In this document: positions 52,301-64,000 of the stretch, piece by piece
Layout of the letters: each line of letters begins with the position of its first letter
Numbering within the stretch: position 1 is the first letter of the stretch
Assembly: GCA_965235115.1 (NCBI GenBank)
Contig: OZ249436.1
Location: forward strand, 64,108,001 to 64,172,000
Origin: Laetmonice hystrix
Lineage: Eukaryota
Reading direction: 5' to 3'
Length of the DNA: 64,000 nucleotides
Program-made: the position numbers and the translations under genes
The notes under the pieces: model-generated
Databases searched by the model: none
Seen by the model: only the letters and a program-made list of their open reading frames with translations
What the model was told of the DNA's origin: nothing

Positions 52301-55300
52301 CATCTCAGTGACTTATTGCTCTGGGAATAAACATTCTGGTGCTGATACTGAGTGATAGGAAACACTTAGCCAACTATTTTGCGCAGTTTGTATTAATAAC
52401 AAACTTAGACGTGTCACAATGTTGCCGGCTGATCGAGTAGAACAAAAGAATTAGCTACTGAATCACCTGCTGCAGGAAATTGTTTCCAAAAGTCGTTTTT
52501 CTCAAAAATTTTTATTTTAGACGACCGGTGCTACTTCCGTCCAGTGTCTCCAGTAAATTAAAAATCTCATTAAAACCCAAAACAGGTCCCTACCAAATAC
52601 AACATAACCACCCCTTAATGGATTTGGTTTTAACTGGGCTCCGCAACAAAAAAGGTCGTTGACATGCACAATGGGAAACCATATCTCAAAATTGTTCTAA
52701 AATTTTCCCCACTGACATATCCTGAGACCTCCCCTGTCACAAGACGTTGTTATATCATGAGAATAGAGTCTCAGTTTGCCTGACATCCAATTATTAAAAT
52801 TCTATATAGATCAGCCCCCTTAGTTTGGCCTTCCCTATTTTCTCCAACTCGACAGGATTCAGTCCTATTCTCAGAGCTTCTCTTCACACGTTTATTTTCC
52901 GACCACGTAAGATTTCAACCATCCCTGCCAGCAGTGGTCCCGTGTGTACACAGCATACAGGGATCCCAGCATGGTCTGCCAGCATCCGTTTAAGGTCATT
53001 AACCCACAACCACATCCCCGGCTGTCACCCACATTCTAACACTAATAACTCACCATCGACCTGCCCTGAATAACTCGCCACCATACCAACGGGAGATCTT
53101 TTTTTTACAGGAGAGAGAGAGAACATGAAGTCAGCTGTGTGAGGTGAAGAACCATGATTAGATCATATTAATCATTCCTGAAACTGAACCAAGCCTGGCC
53201 TAATTCTGATATCACGTCATGTTCTCCTTAGGCGGTCAGTGATTCTCCGGTTTTCAACATCCGTTACTGAGTCTTGAGTTGGCCCAATGAACGCTGACCT
53301 CTGGCGAACTGGTCGAGTTCGTGTTTATCAGTAGAAAGACGTATATTTTTAGTATAACAAAGGTCTTTTTAACCGGAAAACGTCTCATTTGAAACGTAAC
53401 GTTGATCCAGACAAAAATACCCCTTTAAAGAAGGCGTACCAGTTTCAAATTTGATCGACGTGCAGTCATCCAAACCGATGTCACTGTAAATGCAGAGTAT
53501 GTATTTTTTAAGCTAGCAATTACCTTTAAGTCCCTGTACTAGGTTCTGTGATTACTGCATTTACGGATCCAGTATTGTAAAGCCTTGCCTGATTTTGTTA
53601 TGCTTATAGATATATTACAATGTAATAGCTATTACTTGCCCTTCAATCACGAATTTTGTGACGATACTTTCATGTTTTGATCACTTAAGCTAGTATCTAA
53701 ATCGGCCTGATACAGAAGCACACCATGGTGGTGAAATGTTTTAGCATACACAAATACTTAGACATGGATATTAAATGTGTCCATGAATACGATTTACAAA
53801 AATCGTCTTGTTCTCCCCAATGATTGTGTGATGGATTTTAGTTTAGTATCATCCGGCAACATGCTACGTCATCAGTTTCACTTGAGCTGTCGTTGGTAAT
53901 CTCATGAGAGATCTTTCCCAGATCTACACATGATTTTTTCCAAACCATTATTCCATTACAGCCATTCGTGACGTCAATTTCGATGACATTTTGACATGAT
54001 TTAGTCACCTTAGACAGAACACCTATTCGCACCAGGTCTGTGTCATCTGATTACTGTAACCCACCACGCTGTTTTCGACACGTCACGTGGCGTAATCCAT
54101 CGATGACTGCAGTAAGTAAGGCACCTCACTGCCTGCAGCGATACACGCCAGACAGAAATATTGATGAGTGGCGGAAAAATATTTGTAACAAGAATCTTCA
54201 CAAACGTGCGGCCTTTCAGCAAAGAAACGCCGACAAATCAAGCCTTAAATGTGATGAGGTGTTCGGAAGACTGACGGCACTTCCCCCAAGTCATGTCTGA
54301 ATCTGTGAAAGCTGATGCCTGAAACCGTTTCCTTGTATCACTGGTTGGGTATAGAATGAGGCGATCTACGGCACCTACTCGCGGTAAGTGTAGACGTGAT
54401 TTACAATGAGGTGAGGTATCATCTACAATAATGACTAATGAAAGCAGAAATCCCTGTTATTGGCACATGGTGCTTTCCCTTGTTCTACAACCCTACAAAC
54501 ATTTTTCATAGCTTAATTAGTGCTTTAATACAGAATTTCCATACAGGCTTGCCACCCACACCGTAATAACTTTGACGGAAGAGTTCCTCCTGAATTAATA
54601 ATGAACGTTTCCTCATAAACATCGATTGTTTTAATTAGAAGGATCAACTGTTTGTAGTGATCGGTGTGAATCACTGCTGTCCCCTCCCCACCTCCTCAAC
54701 CCCCCCCCCCCCTATCTGAGGTCAGAGTTCAGCACTAGCTGTGGTCTGCTAACAGCCGGAGGTATCAAGTGTTCTGTCTACACCGCCATGTCGCCCGCTG
54801 ACATCTAGCAATCTCACACTGACCTCCGACAAGATTACTGCGTCTCCCTGCCCGTGATGTTTTTGTGTGTGTTCACCCGATATTTCTTCATATGGCAACA
54901 GAATTTCAACAATATTCCGGCAGTAGATGCCTTCTTTAATTTCATTGGCCGGGTACTGTGATCAGCATAGAAAAGCCTATTTTCTCAAATTGGGAGGTGA
55001 ATTCATCAATTATGTTATGTTAAAATATACATACAGTGCTCCTGCCAAAACAAGTTATTCTAAGCACAAATCTCTCTCTCTCCCCCCCCCCCCCCTCCAC
55101 CTCTTCTTTTTTCAAAATCTATAAGCACAGACACGTTGTCCGTTTCCAACGCCGAAAATAAACGGCTCGTGGCTGGTTAAGTAAGTGACTACCAAATACC
55201 ATTTTCTCAAACCCAATCATCCACCTTTTTAACTACAAAAACTTTACATCCTACATTTTTACATGAGCCACCCTGATCGTCTCTGTGCTGATATGAATGC

Positions 55301-57048
55301 TAATGAGCCTCAGTTTCTGGTTATACATTTAAACATCATGTGAGCCATCTTATTGGCACTGACAGCCCGCTGCCAGCCACTGCCAGTTGTTCATCACTCT
55401 AAAAGCTCCCTACAAGGGACTACGGACATTGCCGTGGGGCCTTCGGAGGCCTCCACTCTGCTCCCATATGAGTTGTGACTACCTACATACACCATCTGAT
55501 GCTTTTGGAGAACACCTCAGGCTGTATTTCCAACTAAGTGTTCTGTGGTACAGGAGCAGCATGCAACGACTGGCCCTGCCTCTCAATCGTCATCACCATT
55601 ATCCCACACTGGGTTCGAGTCAAAGGATTTTTGGCCTCAAACACACAATGGGAGGTTGATGTCTAAGTAAAAGCTGTTCCCAATGAAAAAAATAAGGTCT
55701 ATCTATTACGAAATTAATATGGCACTAATTCCGAGACAAAACAGGAAAAGGAGTTCTACTGCCTGCCCTTTCCCTTACAAAAACACAAAGACATCTGCTG
55801 GAGACATGACAGGTCAGTGTAAACACAGACTATTTTTGATGACGCTCATCTTCGCCTAGTCTGCTCGAACCCATTTTTATTTCTCAAGGTTTGTCCAGAA
55901 GCTCTGGCTTTGGTGCACTTGGGAGCATGGCCTGCGACATTTTGTTGTCCCTTTTTTTCTTGGTGACATACTCGTTGAAAGAAGTGCTAGCGATCTTGAC
56001 TGACATGTTTGCAGATCATGTCTTGTCCACAGTAAACAACCGCTCGGATCACGAAATACAGCATCAGCTGCTTACCACAGAATGCCCGCTGCGAGCGTTG
56101 GGTTGAACTTAATAATGGAGAGGGTAATATATGGTTGTGGTCAGCCGATGTAATCGGGCTTGCATGACGCAATGGGCCCAAGAGACCACCCCAGCAGACA
56201 TTAGTCACACATGAGCATCATTACAAATCAGCAGTTAGCGCACAGGCCGGTGCATGTTTTATTTAACCAGAGAAAACGATGGCCGCCAATTGCTCTACCC
56301 AGAGTTCCGGAACCTATCTCTCTAGCGGAATTTCCATTTTCTTGATTTTTGTCTCTCGTACGATTGTCATACTGTATACGGTGGTTTTCAATACTAAATC
56401 AATACTTTGCCATCTCTACTCCCTTACGGCTGCCTTTCTTCCAACAGAAAAGTAAATGAAGCATCCTTGAATCTACCGCAATGATCCCGCAAACCAATCG
56501 ACTGACATTTTTCATCAAGGCTTTAGCTATTCTAGGTTTTCCGTTCAACGTCTTCTCTGAATTCTGGGTGGCCGAAAATACCTATCAAGAGTTAACTAAT
56601 TCATACAAATGATTTTAAAGGACTTTAGATACTGCTACATAGCAGTTATCGTTCATTGCACGTGTTTATTTATTACCAGCCAGGCAAAATGGTGTACTCA
56701 TTGAAACTGCGTAGGGCAGCTCAATCTGCACACTTTAATGAGAGATATACTTTCCTTCCTGGTTGGTGTATCAGTCGTACAGTAGTGTGGCATGCAGTAA
56801 CCAGGATGAATCCTGTAAATTTATAAAGGGTTCATTGCTCGATTCTTCACTCTTTCAGGGTGGCTATTTACGCCCGCCGGTAATGGTGTTATACGGTCGT
56901 CGATGTCGAGTGTGGTACAAGAGTGTGGTCATAAAACAAACCGGATTTAATGACAAGCCTCATGGTTACGTACACAGCTAATTGGAGCCATACTTCACTA
57001 AGGGTGTGTAAATATAGCTATGATGGAAGATAATAATGTGAATATCAC

Positions 57049-57396
57049 CTGTTTACGACAAGGCGAGGCAGTCTGTCTGCCCGGGTTGTCCAGCCCGAAC
57101 TCCCTCTTGACCGGAGTAGAGACAATGGTCATGGTTGTGGTCCGGCAGCAGGTTGACACCTGCACGGTCCACTGCTCTGGAGGCCCTCCCACATCCCCCT
57201 CCTCCGCATCCTCCCCGCGCGGCTCCTGGCAGGCCAGGTAACAGCACCTGGAGCGTGTCTTCAGGATCTGGAAGAACTGGTACGCCCTGGAGAAGACATC
57301 CGGGCAGAGGAGATCGCTGGTTGGGGTTTGCTCCAGGTGTGGGGAGGAGGAAGGGCACGGCTCCGGAGGCGCCAGGGTGGTGGTACTCTCTGCCAT
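57049..57396 (-). CDS. CYTH: Most upstream candidate first coding exon of a long cytohesin isoform (116 codons)
   Basis: ATG at 57396; MAESTTTLAPPEPCPSSSPHLEQTPTSDLLCPDVFSRAYQFFQILKTRSRCCYLACQEPRGEDAEEGD...TASPCRKQ; donor CAG/gtgata in phase 0; GC-rich. The LCPDxFSR.Y motif resembles recalled insect long isoforms. The donor position is less certain. Confidence 0.6.
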
Positions 57397-58275
57397 CGAT
57401 ACATCCCAGGTACAACCACTGTCAGGGGATCTTCAGCTCCAGCTGCCCTCCTCCCTCTTCAGCAGCTCCACAAAAACGTTATACTGGCACGGCCGCCAAC
57501 ACAACACAGGTGAATGAACCAGCGTCACCCAGATCGGAGGAGCAGAGTTCCTTCAGTCATTAATTTCCTGCGACCACGCCACTCACATAGACCCATAAAT
57601 ATTCACACCATCCACCGAGGGCCACCGCCTCATAAGCAGCATACCCTGAAGAATACCGGCCGGTGATTAGCGCATCAAGACGGGTTCAGCCCAATAACTA
57701 GGACTCAGGTGAACACACACACCCGTCATCAGTCAGATCACGCCAACAGACCAGTGGTTACCTTTCATGTTCTCCCAAACAAAACCCACGAGGGCACAAA
57801 CTGAACGGTCATTTCTGGGGTCAATCACCCTTTTCCATGCAGCCACCAATCACGAAGATTGTAATATAATCACGATTATAATACGGCTCTGTTTCCTGGA
57901 AGAGTGACATCACCACAGTATGGTGAGGAGGCTGACAGTCGTATGGTGAGGTGAGACAGTCGTTCCAGTGTTCAGGGACTGCTCCGTGTGGCGGAGCCCT
58001 CACAAGGTTCAGTTTGCGTCATCTCCCACACTGCCGGTAAATCGGAGGGCTCTCACGTTAGCGTACGTGTATAAATCCGTAACATATCTCACCGGTGAAT
58101 CTTTGGTAGGCGGCAACAATTGAAAAGCGCAATATGTCACCAGTCCACTTTACACGAGGTGGTCCTAATCTTCTCCATCCACTGTGGAGAAAACAATTGA
58201 GTCAGGTCTGTCATGGGGTTGGTTGGCTGCTGAGGCTGATGCCAGCGCTGAATGGCATGGGGGAGCCTGCAGCCT

Positions 58276-58302
58276 TGCCCGCCTGCCCGCCTGCCCGCCT
58301 GC
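58276..58302 (-). promoter_or_regulatory. Tandem (TGCCCGCC)x3 GC-box-like motif upstream of the distal first exon
   Basis: Seen directly, about 0.9 kb upstream of ATG 57396 in a GC-rich region; function inferred. Confidence 0.25.
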
Positions 58303-61300
58303 TCAGTCCTGCAGCGGTCGTCCACTCACTGAGCCTTGTCAGCGAGTAGTCCTGTGGGTAGATCTTTAATTAGAGGCTATATCTCTAACTGCTACTATAT
58401 CCCTCGTGTAGCGACCTCTCCGACTGGGTCCAGCGAGTGCCCCCACAGCACAGCCGGAACTCCTACCGGGTTTTCCTCCTCACCCTCTCTCCCCAAAGCC
58501 GTCTCTCTCACTATTGATTCATTGGCCTTCACAGGTGAACAGGCAGCGCCACCCGACCGTCAGCACATCGGGCGGTTGCTGAGGTTCCAGCGGGTCCAGC
58601 GGTTGTTGAGGCGGCCGGCTGGCGTAGATACGACCCGCCGAGGTGCAGACCTGCTACCCGACCACCGGGATCACAGATCAATCAACCGCCCACGATAACC
58701 ACACAAAGCAGGCGGAACCTCCGGCCGACTCGCCCGACCCACCTTCAGGACAGGTCAGCTCGGCCGTGTGGGGCGTCTCTCAGGGTGCTGCTACTGCTGC
58801 TAACAACACACACAGACTGAAAGGATCCTTGGAGGGTTCCATGCCACCCGTATGTCACATGCTCCAGATCTGGGCACCGCTAGCATACACGTGACAAGCA
58901 CGACAATTGCGACAGTCTAACATTACCAGCCGAAGAAAGGCAGATCTATGTTTTTCAGCTGTCAGCCTGTCCATTCATGGAGCAGCAACCCTCTCTTCGC
59001 TCGGCCATACAGTGCCAGATGGAGATGAGGGTCTGATGATGGCATGCAGTTGCCATCCAGGGAGTGGAGGGAGGCTGGTTACTAGAAGAAGATGTCTAGT
59101 AGTGACTCACACACTCAAGTATAGCCCTGCCATTAATGTAGTCCGGATGGGGGGGCCACGACAAAGTCATCCAGTACAGACACTGACAATGAACGCTGCT
59201 AGCTGACTGCAGATAACCCACCACACACTCGTCCAACACTCAGCTAACTTGAACAAAGTTGAGATTGATATTTTCTTATACTCGAAAAAGCTCAAAATTT
59301 ACACCTGCATCCATTGATTGGACAGAGAAAAAGCAATAAAAAAGTGTCTCCGGTTACATTTCTTAATTAGGCGAAGCTATAGGCCTGTTATATTTGTGAT
59401 TAAACTAAAACATTCATAATACTGTTTTCACTATTTAATCTGGATATAGCGCTGCATGGGTCTACAGTCAGAAAACTATTCACAATATCGTTTGGCACGA
59501 AGATGGCACAAACAAATCAAGAACATTCGTGAACAGAAATAAATCACACAATGGAGAAGAAATTAGCCTCATTGTTTGACCTTGAGGTCGAACTTTTACA
59601 TCCATTAATTACGGGAATGTCTGGCATGTCTCATTAATTCGCTGGACAAGTGCAATGGCATGTCTTAGCCACTTCTTTGACGGATAACCAGGTAAAACCA
59701 TCCTTCTTTTGACCACATTCAACACAAAGATGCTATCAGGCTGCAGTCTAAAAATAGACGCTGTCGGCTGATCATAGCGAAAGTATCTGCATGGTCTCCA
59801 TCGAGAGGCAGGCCGACGTTGGTCAAAACGTGCCGTAAAAAAGTAGAATGACAGTTACAGGAGCTCTACATCAGCAAGGCAAACTATCCACGGGCACTTG
59901 AAGCAAGATCGATCAATAAATCAATTCTTCCAACTTCTCCTGATGGACTCGGGTCTTTTCTTCTGGCTTGGAAATGCAGAAGCTGTCACAGAAGAAGGCA
60001 AAAATACAGGCTTTCAGAACGAATCAGTAACTTCAGCCTCAAGGCTCTAGAGCGGGCATCCGAATGTATCCCATGTCATTCGGCCTTCCTCTCCATTTTA
60101 TAAACTTGCCGGCAGGGCATGCCTAATGTTTCACATCTAATATCGATCATTTAAAGCACTTTGTGGATCATTTTCCACCAACTTTTTGACTTTTAAACAG
60201 TCAAGGGTTTTGAAGGCGATTTTCTTCTTTATCATCTACATGAACTTTTCCCCTCCTAAATATAAAGACAACTACCTTTCACACAGGCGACATGTACCTG
60301 ATAAGAATAAAAACTCTTAAATATACATGTACACTACAGGTGTACAATCAAATTAAAACATATCCAGGCCATTTCAGTAAGGATGGAGGGATTTTCAAGC
60401 TACCGGTAGTATCAGTACTAATAAAAATCATGGAATCAAAACTAAGGCGGGTGCCTCAGAGGAATTAAAAAAACAAAAAAACAACGCGATTCTCAGCTAC
60501 GGCCACCACGGATGTAACATGGCCAGACCATCAAGGTTCCTCGCGGTGCCAGCCACTTTCCCACATGTATAAAGTAGGTGGCTCTGGGACACGCCAGAAA
60601 AGCTAATACCAGACAACAGATTGCGATAGGTCAGATTCATAGCTCAGAGGCTGAACACCAATTTTGATGGCACACGCCAAACCTGGGTAAAAAAAGAGCT
60701 CAACCTTTACAGCCATAACTCCCACCGAAGGGAATAATGCCAGTTCTTTCCTGACCATGTGTCGGTTCCCGCCCCTGTCCCTGCTTCCCCTCGACTGCAT
60801 GCAGCAGCTCTCTCTCTCTCACACACACACGTGCGCGGCGCTGACATTTGTTTTAACTGCAAGTCATACACGTAATCTTTAATCAAGTACCGCCTATAAT
60901 GAATGTCAATGAAAATGACATGACGTACCATTTCAATGCAGGCAAATTATGCTTCTTTAGATCATTTAAAATTGTGTGAATGATATCAAACAGACCACAG
61001 CCACATAGAAACTTCTAATTGGCAGCTGGGTTCTTTCATGCAGAGGTTCTAGCATGGAATGCCAAAGTCTTTGTCAAGTCCATTACCAAACGCCTTTGTA
61101 CTAAGTGAAAGGAAAATGGGAGTGGGGGTAGAGTTGCCTGAAAGTTTCAACCGTTGTGTGCTGCTTTGAAAGGTTGATGGGTGCATTAGCCAGACATTTT
61201 AACCCTGAGGGTTGAAAACGGGATATAATTGGCGGAGACTATTAACCGAGTTGAAGCTTATCAATTTTAATTGTCTAATCTTGATTCCTAAATTCTGTAG

Positions 61301-64000
61301 AGTTTTAAGTTGCCTTGCTTCAGTATTTCTTAATAGCAATTTCGGGTCAACCAATTTCGGATATTGATCAGAATTTTGCATTACAGTTTCGGTACATCTC
61401 CTAAACTGTACGGGCCGGGGTTAATAAAGGTACATGATTGTGATAACATTCTGTAGTATTTTCAGTGTTAATATGATGCTTTAAACGGTTCCAAGTCGTT
61501 CGCTTCACATGAGGATGTAGTGCCTCATTTGACCATTAGGTGGCAGCACTACAGATCCACCTAGTGGTGCCTCAATACACTAAATATCAGTGAACACGCA
61601 CGAACACTGATCAACAGAGCTATTTTTATGTATGACCGAAGCATCTCGATTAGTCCGTGATTTAGTCGAGTTTGCATCAGGCATTTTAACATATTAAAAC
61701 CTGGTAGGTTTCCCTCATCAAGAAAGAAGACTTAAATTGTGTTGCCACTTTAATTAAAATAATGACTTTGCCGTACACTATCACAGGTTTCTTTTGTCAG
61801 GTTTTGTGCTTCCGTTTACAAATCACATAATTGCTGAAATCAGATACGTTTAATGTTAGACTTTTTATACCTTTCGTGATAATGAAGTAACTCCGCACAC
61901 TTGTGCCACGTCACCCTCCATGCCTAACAAAACGTTAACCCACCTACGTACTGACCTTTTGGGGGTCTGTTAAAACTTAAATATAAGACTTTTCCGATGA
62001 ATACCCCGGCCGGTAACCGCCCGCTGTTATCGAGCAAAACGTTTAAACTTTTCATGGTAATCTCCCAACATTTTTATTTGACTGGCATATACTTACCTTT
62101 AATGCATTTCCAACCATAGCCAGAGGGTAATACGAATATATCGGTAGACTGTATGAATACAATATACACCATCAAAATGATCCCGCATAATTACTCAATG
62201 TACAGCAGTGTTTAAACACAGGACTTGAGCATCTGTAAATATGTGTTTGCTAAAGTCAACAAGGCGCCCTTCAGCTCACGCTGAGTGCTCAGCGGCCATT
62301 GGTGCCCCAGTCACAAACCTGGGGGGCAGGTGCACCTCTCCCATTTCCCTCCAGTTAATGTGTCAAGCGGTGTAATAGTACAAAAGATGTTTGATGATTA
62401 CAGGATACCTACTTGTGTTTTCCTAGCCTTCGGCCTACGTGACGCGATGGATCGGACACGTCTCCGCTTGGCCCCAATAACAGACGTGACCATTCCCTCA
62501 ATGAGTCTATGGGCTCGCTTCATGGAGGCGGTCCCTAAATGGTGGCGCTGTGATAATGCTAATGTCTCTTGGATTCGCGATTTATGATTGTGGTTTGAAA
62601 TAAATGATTACTCGGGACGAATGTCACATCCTCAGGTGGCCTAGGTAGCAATGTTCATGCACGAGGATGCAGATTTATCATGGGGTATAACTCACTACAA
62701 TGGTTTATCATTAAACATGTACCGGGCAGCTGTCATCAAGCGACTCTCCACATCTTTTTGTTACCTCATACTATAATACGAGATATACAAAAGAATTGAC
62801 AATGTTGTGAAAATTACCCCCTTTTTAAACAGAGTTGGTTTCTTTGTTTGCATCCTTGATACCCAGTGTGAATGAGGTGCCAACCTACATCTGCTAAGGG
62901 GACCTCTAGATGCGATCCCTGATAACAATGCTATTGTTCTTGATTTTCTATGTCCGTGTCTGCGTCACGCTTCACCTAGTTCAGTAGATGAGTCAAACAA
63001 CCCTGTGTAGAGTTCGTACACTCAGCCTCGGCTCACCGGTCTATCTCAACACAATGGTTCCATATCTCCATCCCTTCCTCTCATCTAAACATATGGCAGC
63101 CTTCCAGACCATAGTCAGCCATCAGTAGTCACCTGTCATAGGGACTAGTCTAAATCTGTGCCTTAATTCGACTTATCACAACGGGTAAGTCGGCAGCATA
63201 TATAATCTAGATGGTATTGGTAACGGTAACCGTATGACCACTGACCCTATACGAGGTGAGCGGGTCAGACCTTACAGATGAGAACGGTTGATCACTGGCT
63301 ACGTCTATCGTTGTTGATCACTGGCTACGTCGATTGTTGTTGGTCTTGGCTAACAGTAAACGTTCGCCGAGTTGTTCCACTTATAATATTAAACCTGTGC
63401 AGTCCACAAAGGTTGACTCCCTGGTATTTCTCTCCTCCATAATATCGTACGTGTTCACTTGGTCCTCCGGACGTCAATTAGCCGATCGTCCCCCCTAGTG
63501 GCAGTTGTGGTTACCACAGAACTGTCCGGTGTCCCGGACCGTAGGCCCACACTGACCGCTAGGTTACCAACGAGTACATTATACATGCCACCATTTTACA
63601 GGCAATACCTGACCCACACCGCTCCAATGTCACAGGTAAACTGTCCGCCAGGCAGTGCCTCCTCATTTACCTGGCCAACCAAACGATCTCCATGATGACA
63701 AGGGCAGAAACTGGTACGTGGCCACTGGACCACTCCGCTAACCGATCTCCGTACACAATGGAGGCCTTCAAACACTGATGTCCTCTACATCCAAGTCGCA
63801 GGCAGATGCCCTAGATAGCAGAATATCACCCCGAACAAGTGGAGCACAGCTTTCCGCTTAGATATTCATCCCTGATAAACAGGGATCCACACAAGTGGAA
63901 TAGTATGCTGTAAACCCCACCTATCTGCGTCTTACACAGGTTTGGAGTTTTTTTAATGGGCTGCCAACATTTCACGGTTCCAAACCATAGCCCAAAGCAC

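Larger units (their letters stand above)
1..57396 (-). other. CYTH: Cytohesin (Sec7/PH ARF guanine-nucleotide exchange factor) gene, 5' part; continues beyond position 1
   Basis: Phase-compatible GT-AG exons translate to [146 protein letters not shown]. This is the cytohesin coiled-coil end plus Sec7 with the catalytic FRLPGE motif. The 5' boundary (57396) is less certain than the core. Confidence 0.93.

Noticed and set aside
24720-55620. Isolated B-box-like GGTTCGA motifs (about 24720, 32795, 55612) as possible tRNA genes
   Set aside because: No cloverleaf or correctly spaced A box; at most SINE remnants.

Overview
Eukaryotic genomic DNA from an invertebrate animal (GT-AG introns, about 45% GC by eye; a marine lophotrochozoan is my guess from repeat content). 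Almost the whole window is the 5' half of one minus-strand cytohesin gene (Sec7-domain ARF-GEF, orthologous to Drosophila steppke and vertebrate CYTH1-4). Five core exons chain in frame: 37601-37665 (second half of the coiled coil), 4542-4605, 695-813, 354-434 and 1-110 (Sec7). The rest of Sec7 and the PH domain lie beyond position 1. The notable feature is the N-terminal architecture. (1) Two upstream exons (57049-57396, 42627-42848) encode non-canonical N-terminal extensions ending in phase 0. (2) The 33-kb intron between the coiled-coil exon and the first Sec7 exon holds a two-exon hydrophobic module (6530-6623 plus 5607/5662-5788) and about six ATG-initiated candidate first exons. Each of the latter ends at a GT donor in phase 2, the phase needed to splice onto exon 4542-4605. 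If real, this is a variable-first-exon cluster giving coiled-coil-less cytohesins different N-terminal tags. The canonical first coiled-coil exon was not found. Other content: three minisatellites, a Harbinger-like double-palindrome MITE, a perfect 38-bp palindrome, SINE/Helentron/hAT relics and many poly-G/C runs. No prokaryotic features, rRNA, tRNA or CRISPR array were seen, and most supplied ORFs are chance intronic frames. All alternative-exon calls are predictions from splice signals and reading frame, with no transcript evidence. Similarities to insect isoforms are from memory and need BLAST.
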